A DNA stretch of 64,000 nt from Camelus ferus. Its lineage: Eukaryota. Where the stretch lies: positions 14,014,001-14,078,000 of the forward strand of contig NC_045697.1 of assembly GCF_009834535.1 (NCBI RefSeq). The letters are read 5' to 3'. The notes beneath the pieces are model-generated. The model had not been told where the DNA came from, made no database searches, and worked only from the letters and a program-made list of their open reading frames with translations. Made by a program: the position numbers and the translations under genes. Below are positions 11,568-25,270 of this stretch, one piece after another. Numbering within the stretch: position 1 is the stretch's first letter; every line of letters begins with the position of its first letter.

Positions 11568-13989
11568 AGGGCAGCACTCCTGACTGGGACACATCCAGTT
11601 GTGTTTGCATCTGTATGCAGATTGCCTCAGCACAGTGTGACTTGATAAAACATGGTCAGTCGTGGTGGTATTACTTTATTACAATTACAATGACTTTTTC
11701 TCAGTTGCATTAGCATCAGCCTCAACTGCACAGTAAAATAATTCTTGGTGATTGGATAGGAGATGTAAGAACTGCCAGTATTTGACTACTTCAAATGGTG
11801 TATTAACGGAGACCTTGCTTTAAAGTCTGGCAGGTATAAAGGGTTTTCAAAGAACCAAAAAAAAATTAATTAAAAAATACGTAACTACTGAGAAATATAA
11901 AGCTTTGACAGTGTTTACAGGATAAACCCCATTTCAAGATTGCATTTTATTATTTTAAAAAAAGTCTGTTCATCTCCCCTTAGAAATAGCACAGCCTTCT
12001 TTACAAATTTCCCTCAAGATATTTGACATTCTGTAAAATCCCTGTTTAGAGTCTTTTTGGGTTACTATTACAAAATAACAGGGTTTTCCGCCATGGGTAT
12101 GTTCTATAGCATTACACCTCTCTAAGCAACCTACTAATCTTGTCTATTCAAATGGGAATTTTTTAAAGAACTATGTTCCCTTATAAATAGAAAACTACTA
12201 TGCACATATCCTGCTATTCTTCAAACTGGACGACCACATGGAGAGAGAGCTCCAAATCCCCCTAAAGGACTTTAGTTCCCATCTTTTTCATGCTCCTAGA
12301 AATTGAATCCATTAGAAGCCAACAAAGCCCGTGTGTGTTCCTGTCCCTGCTGACTGTCAGCACACTGCATTTCAGTAATTCAGCCAGAAGGCATTTTTAT
12401 TAAAAAAAAAAAAAACAGATCTATTCTTGAAAAAGCATTTGTATACTCATTATGCAATTCTATCATTTGTCAATAGGGCGTTGTGTAAATAAGCCACTGA
12501 GGTCTAAACTGTAGTAACTGATGGCAGTAATCTTGGACAAAATAATTTCTTTTTCTTTATATATCTTAATAGTTCACAGCCAGTCAGGAAATAATGATCT
12601 TAAGACTTTGTTACTGTTGGTGGTGGCTGGATATTTGAATAGTAAACCATAATGGCTCAGAGACTCTCTGGTAAAAACTGTTGTTTTTTATTTGCATAAC
12701 CACCTGTCCTGAAGATTTTTTACTCTATTTACCTTAAATTTATAACCATGCTGTCATTCACATTACGTAATTTCAATTTCTCTATATCCTGTAAACATTA
12801 CACATTTGTGAGTGGGTATTAGAATGTATGAATGTATTGGAATAATTAGAATGTAATTCTTGAGCTGAGACTTGAAGTATAAACAGAAATTTGTTGGCCC
12901 ATCCCAGCACAAGGACTCACATACACACACAGAAATTGGAAGGATGGGGAGAACACAGCATCCTTCAGATGACCGTTTTGACAGGTGCCTGTAGTGGGCA
13001 GTGTTCCTGAGGGTAAGGGTGCGTAGGTAGGGACCTGACTAAGGGCCTGGACCAAAAATTTTTAGGTTTTATTTTGTAGGGATTAGGGGCCTTTGAGGGA
13101 CTTTCTTCAGGAGCTATGTGATCCAGTTTACTTATTAGGCAGAGCATTGCAGCAGCATTATGGGCATGAGCCGTTATTTTATTCTCTTGCTTGGCCAGTT
13201 GTAATAATCATAGCCTCATTGGTCAGACTGCAAATAAAAATGCCATGTTCCCTTTTTAAATAGCTGTATGCTAGCTCTTGGCATAGAGCATTCCATTTTT
13301 AGAATTTTAACCAGTTAATTGCTCTGATACAAACCAAAACTTTTAACTGTTAACAAATATGAATCTCATAATAAGTTAAAACGTGATCTTGTACCTTCAA
13401 TAAAATCCAGTTACAAAAACTTTTAAGAAGAAGGCTGACAACAAAACCCCACGCTTTTTAAAGCAGTTTATTATATGATGCTAGGATATTTGAACTAGCC
13501 TAGACAAGAATTGTTTTGATTTTTTAATTTAAACATCATGCTATAATTAACTACTATAAGTAAAATAATATTTTTGCAAAATGAATCAGAACAATAAACT
13601 ACCTGCAGTAAGCATTTAAAAGTACTCCTAAGCTACATTTTATTATTCTTACATCCATATGCACACCTTTTAAATAATTTGGCCTGGAACATATAGTAAT
13701 AAAAACAAAAACTGATCATGATTTTGTTCTATCTTTAGATCCCTAACTTTGAATAGAACAGCTATTTAATAAATATATACATAAAAAATTTTATATATAT
13801 ATTTAACAAATACCATGTAGGCCAAATTATGTGCAAGATATTGTTCCCAGAACTTGCAAATTATTAGCTAATTTAATTAAAAATAAATTAATGAATGAAG
13901 AAGACATTAATACTCAGATATTGCCCCCCATTCTTGAGAGATTGCTCACTCTGCTGTCTGAATATGCTGTGCTGAGTGTGGACTCCTCA

Positions 13990-14130
13990 CCTGGTTATAA
14001 AAATGGGCAAAGTGTGTTACATGTGATTCTTTACACATGCATATTATACCATCCTCATAACAGTCTTGGGTCTCGATGTTATGATTCCAGAGAGGTTAAC
14101 ACAAAAGAAGCACAAAGGAGGGAAGGAAGT
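13990..14130 (-). mobile_element. MIR fragment
   Basis: ctttacacatgcatattataccatcctcataacagtcttg; cagagaggttaa. Confidence 0.5.
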
Positions 14131-14159
14131 TTTTCTCCTGAATCCCCATCTTTTTATCT

Positions 14160-15990
14160 TTCTTATTTTTTAATTTTATTGTGCTAAGAATACAACATGA
14201 GATCTACTCTCTTAACAAATTTTTAATGACCCAATACTGTATTGTTGATACTAGGTGCAGTGCTGTCAGCAGAACTCTAGAATTTATTCATCTTGCTCAA
14301 CTGAAGCTTTTGCTTCTAGTTTAGCAACTCCCCATTTCTCCTCCTCCTAGTCCTTGGCAAACACCATTCTATGCTTGGATCCTACAAATTTGGCTACTTT
14401 AGATACCTCATGTAAGTGCAATCATGCAGCATTTGTGTTTCTGTGACTGACTTATTTCACTTGGTATAATGTCTTCAGGGTTCATCCACGTTGTTACAAA
14501 TGTGGGGATTCCCTTCTTTTTAAAGGCTTAATAATACTCCATTTTGTGAGTAAAGATGCTACATTTTCTTTATCCATTTATCTGTCAATTGAAATCAGGT
14601 TGTTTCTCCACCTTGGCCATTATGAATAATGCTGAAGTGAACTTGGGGGAGGCTGATACCCCTTTGAGATCCTGGTTTCAGTTCTTCTGAATAAATACCC
14701 AGAGTGAGATTGCTGGATCATAAGGTAGTTCTGTTTGTAATTTATCTGAGGAGCATCCCCACTGCTTCATCCCAACTGCACCATTTTGCATTCTCAGCAA
14801 CAATGTGCAGGAGTGCCAATTTCTCCACATCCTCACCAAAACTTGCTTTTGTTTTTTAATAGCAGCCATCCAGCAGTGTAAGGCAATAGGTCATTGTGGT
14901 TTTGATTTGCATTTACCTACTGATTAGTGATGATGATCAATTTTTTCGTATACCTGTTGGCCATTTGTATGTGCTTTTTTTTTTTTGAGAAATGTATGTT
15001 TAATTCCTTAGCCTATTGGGTTACTAATTATTTTAGTCAGGTTTTTAGTGTTTTTGCTATTGATCTGTAGGAGTTCCTTACGCATTTTGGAAATTAACCT
15101 CTTGTCAAATATATGGCTTGCAAATGTTTTCTCCCATTGCATACGTTGCCTCTTCATTCTGTTGATTATTTCCTTTGCTGCATAGAAGATTTTTAGTTTG
15201 ATATAGTCCCACCTTTGTTGTGGTGGTGGTGGTTATTGTTGTCTGTGTTTTTGGTGTCACATTCATGAAATTATCACCAAGACCAACATCATGAAGCCTT
15301 TCTCCTGTGTTTCTTTCTAGGAGTTTTATGTTTTCATGGCTTATGTTAAAAATACATTTTGAGTTGATTTTATATATGGTATAAGATAGGAGTTCAATTT
15401 TGTTCTTTTATTTTTTTTCATTTAATTTTTATTTAGAGGGAGGAGATAATTAGATTTTATTTTTTTTAATGGTAGTCCTAGGGATGGAACCAGGGACTGT
15501 GTGCATGCTAGGCACGTGCTCTACCACAGAGCTATACACTGCCCCCCTAATTTTATTCTTTTACATGTGGATATCCAGTTCTCCCAACACCATTTATTGA
15601 AGAGACTATCCTTTCTTGGTTGTGTGTGCACAATTGACCATACACATATGGTCTCATTTTGGGGCTCTGTGTGTTCTATTGGTCTGTATGTCTTTTTTTT
15701 TTAAATCAGTACAATATTGTTTTGATTACTATAGTTTTGTGATGTATTTTGAAATCAGGAGTAGTGATGTCTTCTGCTTTGTTTTTCTTTCCCAAGATTA
15801 TTTGGCTGTTCATGGCCTTTTGTGGTTCCTATGAATTATTGAATTATTTTTTTATTTCTGTAAAAAATGCCATTGAGATTTTGATAAGGATTGCATCGAA
15901 CCTATAGATTGCTTTGGGTATGAACATTTTAACAGAATTAAATATGATAAACAAACGCAAGTTATCCTCCCATTTGTTTGTGTCTTCCCT
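14160..15990 (-). mobile_element. L1MA-type element (L1MA9/10-like), 3' ~1.7 kb, interrupted by a SINE
   Basis: caacatgagatctactctcttaacaaattttt, tgactgacttatttcacttggtataatg, ttgctggatcataaggtagttct, ccagttctcccaacaccatttattgaagagact. Confidence 0.92.
15411..15548 (-). mobile_element. Camelid vic-1-like SINE
   Basis: Reverse complement gtgtatagctctgtggtagagcacgtgcctagcatgcac...ggttccatccc; TSD aattttgttctttta (15396-15410) / aattttattctttta (15549-15563). Confidence 0.88.
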
Positions 15991-16439
15991 ATTCCTTTTA
16001 CGTTTCTTATATCCAGGAAAGAGGCAGGGCCAGAAAAAGACCGGTTTAGAGCCCATTAATGGTGCTCCTCATCAGACTACTTTCAAATGAGATTTTCCTT
16101 TCTACTCTTCTCTGTATTCAACACATCCTATAAGGCAGATTTTAAGGTCATGTATCTGGCCAGACCACCCCTAGTTATCCTTTGTTTATAAACCGTCTCT
16201 ATATATCACTGTTTGTTTTCCATACTATTAGTCAATTATACTACACTCTTTGTTAAAACTTTAGAAGCCAGAATTAAACTTTGGATTGATTTATTCATTG
16301 AGCAATCAATTAATTTCTTTTTTCAAATCATATTTTCTGAACACGTTTTGTATGCTGGTGGGTGACCCCAGGAATAGAGAATCTATTAGGTAAGACATCA
16401 CTGGGTAGTAACAATTATTTAAAGTGTTGTATGCAAGGA

Positions 16440-16640
16440 CCTACCTGACTAACTTTGGCCAAATCATGCCAATAATCTAAGGCTCCTAGTCTTCATTTCT
16501 TATTGATAAAATGAGGATAAAAATGTTTGTCCCCCTACCTAAAAACAGGGTTGGGGTGGTAATTAAATAGAATAACAGATAATAAAAAAACACTTTCTAA
16601 ACCCAAAAGCACTGTGTAGAACAAATGATTTAATATAGCT
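16440..16640 (+). mobile_element. MIR fragment
   Basis: actttggccaaatca...ataaaatgaggataaaaatg...attaaatagaataa...aaagcactgtgta. Confidence 0.6.
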
Positions 16641-16914
16641 CACTTCATCTCAAAGTTTTTTGTTTACCAAATAGTTTGTTGTTTTTTAAGAATCTGAAAG
16701 CTGCTTCTCTGTAGTTTTTCCTAATGAATGCTGCTTTGTTTTCAGAGTCCACTGAACACATTTTCCTTTTTCCTCTACAAGTTTGCAAGGTAGCTATCAT
16801 AACTATTCTTAACTTTCTTTGTGAAGATGAATATTTCAAGTGTGTATTTTTTGTGTTATTTTGGTATGAAATAGTTTTGACTCTTCTGCCATTGCGCTCT
16901 CCTGTCTACTCCTG

Positions 16915-17030
16915 AGTATTTTTTTTCAATTAATAGGTTTTAATTTTTTCAGAGTAGTTTCAGATGTTTAGAAACATTGAACAGAAAATTCAGACAGTTC
17001 CCATAGAGCCACTCTGCTCCCGCACACAGT
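16915..17030 (-). mobile_element. Short L1MC-type 3' end
   Basis: ttttttcagagtagtttcagatgtttagaaacattgaacagaaaattcagacagttcccata. Confidence 0.65.
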
Positions 17031-17109
17031 TCCAAGTTAATTTTTCTATCACATGTGGCTGTCAAAATTGGACACATTATCCCAGCTGTGATCAAGAACT
17101 CAGTTCACA

Positions 17110-17720
17110 TGGATACTAAAGAGAGAGAGGACTCAGGTATGACCCCCAAATTTCTGGCTCTTGTAACCGTATGGATGGTGCAAACATTTATGCATTTAGA
17201 TCTTGAATAAAAGAGCACTGTTGAGACGGTAGAGGAAGATTTCAATTTCTGATGTGTTGTGTTTGAGGCATCTGTGAAGTACCCATGGAGACATGTCCAT
17301 GGGACTTTTCGGTTGGGATGACAGAGCTCAGGAGAAAGGTCTTGTGAAAAGAGATAGCATGAAAGTAGCTAAGAGCCCTGCTTAGAATGTGATCAAGAAG
17401 GAGAACAATGAGGAGCTAGTGGAGGACCCAGGAAAGACTGAAAGAAAACTGAGGAGGTGAATGTTTCAAGAAAAGCCAGGTTTCTGTTGGTTTTATTATG
17501 TTTCCTTGTAGAGAGGTCAAATGAGAGAGTCTTTGCATTTGGTTTGGCCGTGTTGGCTTCAATAGATCCAGCTGAACTTTTGCAGCATAGTCTGAAGTGG
17601 GTTCAAGAGTTATGAGACGTAAGGAAGTAGACGTAGATGGTACAAATGGCCCCAGAATTTGGAGTTTGAAAAAGATAATAGAGAATGCAGTGTTTGAGAG
17701 GACCACAGAGAATCAAGGAG
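17110..17720 (-). mobile_element. L2 fragment
   Basis: tgacccccaaatttctggct, atggatggtg, tgtttgaggcatctgtgaagtacccatggagacatgtcca, agagctcaggagaaaggtc. Confidence 0.7.
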
Positions 17721-18569
17721 GTAGATGTAGCATTATGGCCAGAATTTTAGGGGATGCTTTGTGCACTTTAAGTTGGGCTATCTCCTATCAGCTAGACTTC
17801 CACAGGGGACTTTATTATCTAGCTGCCAGACAATAGTCTCTGATTTTTTAACCCAAGTGTGTACTGTTTTGTTGCTGTTGTTGTTGTTCCCCAGCTCCTA
17901 ATATAACATGCTGTTCTTTCGTATATTGATTCTCGGTTTCAGTGTTGCTGTTTATGCATATATTCCATTCTGCTAGTCTGTGGATTCCTGTGTCAATGGT
18001 CAGTTACAACTTCCAGAAACCCTGGAACCAAGTATGTTTCATTATATTCTGTAAATCATCTGGGATATATTTCAATTCTATTTATGTGTAGCTTAGTCAG
18101 TAATACCTATCCTTTGGATAATGTTATTATAAATTGATTTTAGTTATATTTTAAATTAATTGAAAGTTTTAGCCATGGTAAACACATAAGATTATCACTG
18201 AGTCAAAATATAGAACATTAAATCAAGGGTTAGTTTTAGGATAATACAAACGTGCTTTGTGGCATATGCACAATCTTGTAAAAATGATAAGCATCTTAAT
18301 ATTAAGCTAAGACTAATATGAAAAATATTCAACATGGTAAAAATTTATAAGAAATGTGTTTTCTATATCAAATGCTTCATTAATGGGGAAGTTAAACTTT
18401 ATTCTTTTCATACTATGGCTGGATTATTTAAAAAGCAGAAGTAAGTAGCAGACTGTAAATTCTCAATACTGTGCTATTTGGTTTAAGAAAAATGCTCTGT
18501 TCAAATTATGGAATAATATTAATTGGATTCATATTATAATTACAGTGCCCACCCCACAGTCTTGGGTCT

Positions 18570-18800
18570 GAAGCAACACAGGATAGTCTGGGTTTAAGTG
18601 CTGGCTTTGCCATTTATGAGCTGAGTGACCCTAGGCCAAGTGCTAAACTCTCTGACCCTCAATTTTTGCACCTATAAAAGGGGTCGATAATGGTATCTAC
18701 CTCACAGGAAGTCAGGAGTCTTGATTAGATCAATATATGTAAAATGATCCGAGCAATAACTGAACATATTAAGTGCCTTGTGAGTGTTCGCTAACATCAT
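18570..18800 (+). mobile_element. MIR
   Basis: ctgggtttaagtgctggctttgccatttatgagctgagtgaccctaggccaagtgctaaactctctgaccctcaattttt. Confidence 0.85.
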
Positions 18801-19074
18801 AATTCATCTGCATCTTTACCCAGTTCTTTTCAGTGTGCCTGCCGTTATATGAGTATCAGTGGGAATGACATTTTATCCTTATGTAGTGCTATTCTCATGA
18901 TAGGGAGCTTAAACTTAGGGTTAGATGACAGAACTGTTTTACCAAATGAAGTAGTTAAATTGATGATACAGTTAAGACGAGATTAGATCCTATTTAAAAC
19001 CTATACGAAGTATGTCTCACATAGTATGTTGACAGTTAACCTACATTACTTGAATCTACTCTCCTTTTTAGAGA

Positions 19075-20990
19075 CTTAGTCAGTCAGTGTTCTTTGAGTA
19101 TCTAATAGGTATCAAATATTAAGACAGGTGCAGTTATTAAGCCTCCAGGCAGCTTACACGCTGGAGGGCGAGATTTGTATCAAACAAATAATTACTGCAA
19201 AGAAAAAGTTACAGTGATATCGGACTGTAAAGGAGGGCACCTCTCCTGGTACTGAGCTGCAAAAGCCGCCCTAATTGAAGTGCTGTAGTAAGCTGAGATC
19301 CAAGAGTGACAGTGTGAGCTACCCGAGGAGGAGAAGAACCAGGGAGAAAGTATGGGCTGTGGGAGTTTACGTGATGTGTGTACTGACTGTAGAGAAATAC
19401 AGGTGTGACGTGACGCCAGGGACTGAACTCGTAGAACTCAGAGTTCCTGTTAAGGAAAGTGACTTGATGCACCCTAAGTCTTTTCATTTGTGTTTTTTGT
19501 TTTCTTACTTGCATGAAAGTGAAATATTAGGGTTATGTTTTTAAAGGGGGTTTCACTTTAACATTCTGTACTTTCCAACTGTGTGAGTGTGATTTAATAA
19601 GCATACCTGTAAATCCTATGCATCTTATTTTGATGATTACTGTGACTACTGTGGGGAAGACTGATTGAATCGGAGCTGGGATGCAGAGAGAGCCAACAGG
19701 AGGCAATTCAGTAATGCAGGAGAGAGATTATTGCATCTTGGCCTAGAAGGATGGCTCTTGGAAAGAAGGAAGGTAGATACTTTTAGAATCTTTAGAAGAG
19801 AGGATTTGTAAAATTTGGGGATTGATGGATAGAAAGAGAGATGAGAGTACTATGGTTCCCAGGGCTCTGGTTTGAGCATATGAGATGTGGAATATAGGAT
19901 GAGGCAGAGTTTTGGTTGTGGGGAAGTTTATAAGTTTAGCACTGAAGTTTTATTTTTTTCTCTTCAAATTAGGTCTGGACTACTGTGGAGCGAAGGAAAC
20001 GTTAAGATGGGTATATGGTTCTGGAGTGCAGAAGAAAGCTCTCGACTACAGTATAAATCTACAGGCCATAAACATAGGGATGGAAATGGAAGACACACAG
20101 GTAGATTGGGTTACAGTGTAGGGAAAGATACAGAATAAAAAAGAAGAACACCTAATGCCTGAAAAAAAGCCAGCATCCAATGATCAGTTAAAGAGGGAGG
20201 AACTAATCAGGGAAGCTAAAGAGAGAAGTGGGAATGTGGTACGTCAGATGTCTAGGAAAGGAAGTTTTGAAGGAGGAGGGAGTGGGCCCACAGGGTGAAT
20301 ACTGCTGTTAGGTCAAGTACAATGAGAGCTAAGTATATTTCATGGTTTAGTGAAATGGATATTGAGGCCAAATTAACTGTAGTAAGAACACACCAGGAAA
20401 AGTGGTTAGAGTAGAACTATTAGAGGAAGCAGGAAGTGAAGAAACAAAGAATAAACAACTCTTGTTTGATACTTGACCTTGGAAAAAATGAGTAAATTGA
20501 GCAAATGCGATTGTCTAGAAGAGGAAAGGGAATTGAAAGAGTTTATGTGTTTTTGTTTTTGTTGCAAGACGGGAGGTAAGATTTTCTCCCTTATGGAAAG
20601 GAGTCAAAAGGAGAGAGTGACTAAAGGTACAGGAGAAGGTTGGTAGTAGACATCTCCAGGGTCCTGAGGAGGTAAGAGGGATGCAGAACACAGAAGTAAG
20701 GGACAGGTGCCGTGCAGAAGTTGGTCAGCTCATAGATTCAGATGTTGGACATTAAGAGAGTTTCTGTTTAACGCCTCTCCATTTCCTTGGTGAATAGAAA
20801 GCAATTGCTTCTGTAGAGTATGAGGAAGGCCAGTGGAGTGGGGTCCAGGAGTTGGAGAAGAGTTGAGAGGTTCAGAGCAGGAGAACCAGAGAATGAGAGA
20901 GCTGACTAGACAGACACATGTATCACCATGCACTGGTAAATCCTGCTCAAAGGTGGTGACCATACATTTTATACAGATGCTAGCTGACTC
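19075..20990 (-). mobile_element. Long L2 (L2a/b-like) remnant with interruptions
   Basis: agtcagtcagtgttctttgagtatcta tail; ggatgcagagagagccaacaggagg; gatgggtatatggttctggagt; aatactgctgttaggtcaagtacaatgag; ggtgaccatacattt. Confidence 0.75.
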
Positions 20991-21829
20991 TGAGATTGTT
21001 CCATGAGTACTCAGCAGCTAAGATGCATGTACAGAGAAGATAGGTATTTTGGGGACTTTAGGGCATTTGCAATAAAATCCCCAGACAAAAGTGAGTCTAA
21101 GTTACTGGAGAGGCTATGGTTGCAAGGATGAACCACTGCATCCAAGCTGGATGGGCTTCATCTTTGTCATCATTGTCTTCACCCGTTATCATCTTCTGAG
21201 TAAGGGTGGAATTGAAGTCAGACAGGTGTGATACAAAGGAAGAAAGGAGAAGAAGTGGTTGGTAAGAAGTGAATGATTCTCGCATCTCATCATGCCGCTG
21301 TCACCACAGAGACACTGTGTTGAAAGAACATTGTCTCTCCATCCGATTCTTGGGACGAACTCTAGCTAATTGTGTTGGTCAGAGCTAAATATTTGTTGAA
21401 ACAAGTTTTGCTGTCAGACCAGAATTTTGTACCTCAAAAGTAAGAGCCAATCTGGCTGATTCCTTTGTGACTCCCCGCCTCCTGGCTTTCTCCTCCATTT
21501 GCTCGCCCTTCTGTTTGGTGGATGCTCCATGCATCATGTTTCTGGGTGAGAGGCAGAGCTGGAAGGGTGTGCTCTTCAACTGGGAAGGCCTTCTGCCTGT
21601 GCTGACTCTCCCCTGCTCCATCCAGCGGACGTGCGCCCCCATCCATGCAGCCAGGGTGTGGGTTCGCCATAACCAGCTCGGTGATATCTCAGCAGACACA
21701 CTCGAGTGAGCAGTTCTAAGATCTTGATTTAGAGCGGAAGGTAAAAGATCCTTTTTAGCCCCAAATCTAAACTGTGTTCTCCCATCTGATATAATGGAGA
21801 AGTTATGAATGGAGTCTGTGGTGTGCATC

Positions 21830-22020
21830 TGATCCCTAAGTGAGGGTCTTTGACCAGCTTACTTAGGCTCCCTGATTTTTCATCTAAAAGTGGGACCCTA
21901 ATAATACCCATCTCACAGGTTGGGAATGAAGATTGAACAAGTCAATGCATGTGAAACATTTACCTAGTACCTAAAGCATCATATTTAATAAATATGTGTT
22001 TTTTAAATTAGTTATTATTT
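21830..22020 (+). mobile_element. MIR
   Basis: ttttcatctaaaagtggga...taataccccatctcacaggttg...tgaagattgaacaagtcaatgcatgtgaaacattt. Confidence 0.75.
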
Positions 22021-23492
22021 TATCAGTGGGCTCTTAGTATTGTTTTATGAGGTGCTTAGATTTCTTTTTAATTTCTAACATTTTTATTTTAAAATATTTG
22101 CTTCACTCTTGTCTCATTTGATTGGTGATCTTAGAATATGTTCCTCTTTTTTAATCTGGAGGGAAGGAGGGAAGGAGGGAGAAGTGGGAAGCTGGGGACA
22201 CTGAGCCCTGAGGGGCAGAGGAACAACACAGCTCCTGGAAGTACCTGAGAGGATACGAGGGAGAAACGGGAGGATGGGCCCTGAAGGATGGGACAGTGGG
22301 AACAGTGAGTAAATAAAATGCTTAGAGTCACATGACTGGAAAGATGCTGGAACCCAAAATTTGAATCAAAAATCTCCCAAGGCTTAAATCCGCCCTTAAT
22401 ACCATTATCAAGTTGTTTTTACTGTACCTAAGAAAATTGTGTAAAAGTTATTGCTTAAGTCAGAAATGAAAAAGAATTAAATTATCTGTGTAAAACTTGA
22501 ATTATCTGTTATATATGTAATATATAACAATAGTACTAGCTGTATTTGTTTTAGTAAGAGCAAAGTTATAAAGACAATACTAATTCTGTTTCTCATTAAA
22601 AATGAAAATTTCCATGTTTCATATTTATTAATTCGTTTTTATTGTTGTTATGTAGTACATTTTTAGTTACCTGTATTCAGTTTATACACTGAATATTTAT
22701 TACATATCTCATTAAAGAAATAAAAGGGATTTAGCATTATTGCTATACTGAGGAAAAAACAATCTGCTTACAGTGGATAATGTGGGATGTTAGTTTTAGC
22801 AAACTCATTGCCCAACCGATTACCTTCACCCCACACTTCCATACTTTCTGCCCCACACATTTCACCTTCAGCATCCAGAATAGTTCAGCGTGTGCTGGTT
22901 CATCCATTGCTGGGTTGATATATTTCAACAATGCAAGTGGGAGTCTGGAACTCAGAGGACGAAGGGTTTTTCAAGCTTCACCAGTTATCAGTGAGTGCCC
23001 TTTCTCATCGTGGCTCTTCTGTTCCTTTAGGTAAGATGAGGACAGCAGCACTGACCCATTTTCAGTCTCAATAAAAAAAAAAAAAATTAAACGCCTACAT
23101 AAAAAGATGTTAGTATTCTTTTTAACTTTGAAATAAAGATTTAAATGTGGAAAATTATAAGAGAGCAAACTTTTTAAGTTAAAACATGGTGAAGAATTTG
23201 ACTTAGATACACTTATAGTTTTAAAACAAAATATCAAGATACTCAAAAAGGTAATACAAGTGGAAGCACTGTGTAAGCTCTAAATAGTCTATAAATACAA
23301 CAGTAGTGATTTTACAAAACATTTGTTCATTTAAAATTCTCAGATTTCTTAAGGGAAGTATCTACCTTATTTTAATTATAAAAATGTATTTAATCACTGT
23401 TCACATCCAATTCCATTTAGATCTAAAATATGTTATTTTGTAGACATATACATTTTTAAAATAGTTGAGATTGTTAAAAATGAAGGCTAGCT

Positions 23493-24202
23493 CACTATGG
23501 AAAACAGTATGTAGGTTCCTTAGAAAACTAAAAATAAGGTTATCATATGATCCAGCAATCCCACTCCTGGGCATATATTCGGAAAAGATGAAAACTCTTT
23601 TTATTTGAAGAGATACATGCATCCCAGTGTTCACAGCAGCACTATTTACAATAGCCAAGATAATGGAAACAAACTAAATGTCCATCAACAGATGAACAGA
23701 TAAAGATGTGGTATTTTATATGTATGTGTGTGTGTGTGTGTGTGTGTGTAAAATGGAATATTACTCAGCCATAAAAAAGAATCAAATAATGTTATTTGCA
23801 GCAACATGGATGGGCCTAGAGATTATCATACTAAGTGAACTAAGTCAGACAGAGAAAGACAAATATCACATAAGATCACTTATATGTAGAATCTGAAAAA
23901 AATGATACAAATGAATTTATTTACAAAACAGAAATAGACTCACACAGAAAACAAATTTATGATTACTAAAGGGGAAAGCAGGGGAGAGAGGGATAAACTA
24001 AGAGTTTGGGATTAATAGATATCCACTACTATATATAAAATAGATAAACAACAAGGACTTACTATATAGCACAAGGAACTATATTCAATATCTTGTAATA
24101 ACCTATAATGGAAAAGAATCTGAAATCACTTTGCTGTACACCTGAAATTAGCACATTGTAAATTAACTACTTCAATAAAAATTATTTTAATTAAAAAAAT
24201 TT
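23493..24202 (+). mobile_element. 5'-truncated lineage-specific L1 with internal (TG)n
   Basis: atatgatccagcaatcccactcctgggcatata; aatggaatattactcagccataaaaaagaat; tail; TSD aaaaatgaaggctagct (23476-23492) / aaaaaggaaggccagct (24203-24219). Confidence 0.95.
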
Positions 24203-25270
24203 AAAAAGGAAGGCCAGCTATATTTTATTTTAGGGAGTTAAAATATGCAATTGGAAAGCTGGAGAAACAGTAACAATTTAAAATATTGCTATTTCATACC
24301 ATTTTTACTTAAGTTGACTCGGGAAACACAAGTAAGTGTCATTTAATGAAAATACGTATAGAGGTAAGTATATAAGGTAGATACTCAGTGATGCAGTAAT
24401 GCTTCTAATTTGACTTAACATGAATCTTTGCTTAGTATCATGTATTCAAATACTGTTGGCAAACCACACACCAATTTCCAGGAGTTTCCCCTGGAGACAG
24501 TGTTACGAGAGGCCATTGAACTTCACTTTTTTGAACTTTTGTTGCCGGGGCATTGGTTTCTGGATTGCTATTCTGTTAGCACGATGAACTGATTGACCTA
24601 GCAGGACTCCCTGTAGAACAGCAGCTTCTGCTTAGTTCATCAAGAGTACAATTTGTTGTTTCATTTCCTCTTCTAGTCCCACTGGGGAAATTGAATTGTG
24701 GAAAGACTACCTACTGGGAGCATTCAGCGCTCGTGACTGAATAAGTAACTTATTTATTTATTTGGTACTGTCTTAATTAGCAAAGGAAGGAGGACTTTAT
24801 TAAGGAAGAAAGTACTGTGATTTTGATACAGATACGTGCTGTTAGCAAAGCATTTGATTCACAGAGCCTTCCTTTTCAGGGCCTTTTGCAGGCGCAGAGC
24901 TTATATAAAATTTTAAATTTTAATTTGCGATGCCAGAGTTGTTTGCCATTCTAGAAATGGTTAGTCCAATGCAGAAGTTGAAGACAAGTCAATGGTGGTG
25001 TTTAAAAAAAAAAAAAAAAAAGCAAACAAAACACAGCTGTGAAGTTTGGAAGATTTTTTTCTTTGGACCACACAGACTTTAAGTTTTAATTTTCCTCCAA
25101 TGAGGATTGCTTGTCCATAATAGTGTCCAAATGTGGCCTTGAAAAACTTGTCCTTAAGTTTTAAAACCTTCACAGTTTTCCAATTGCATCATTTTCTGTT
25201 AATGTATGCACTCATACACAACAGCAGAGATCATGACACCTTTGATGATGAAAGAAGTCAGGTAATATAT

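Noticed and set aside
21385..21828. Longest ORF in the track (147 aa, minus strand)
   Set aside because: Non-ATG start, no recognisable domain, no convincing acceptor; overlapping ORFs on both strands are expected in a locally GC-richer patch
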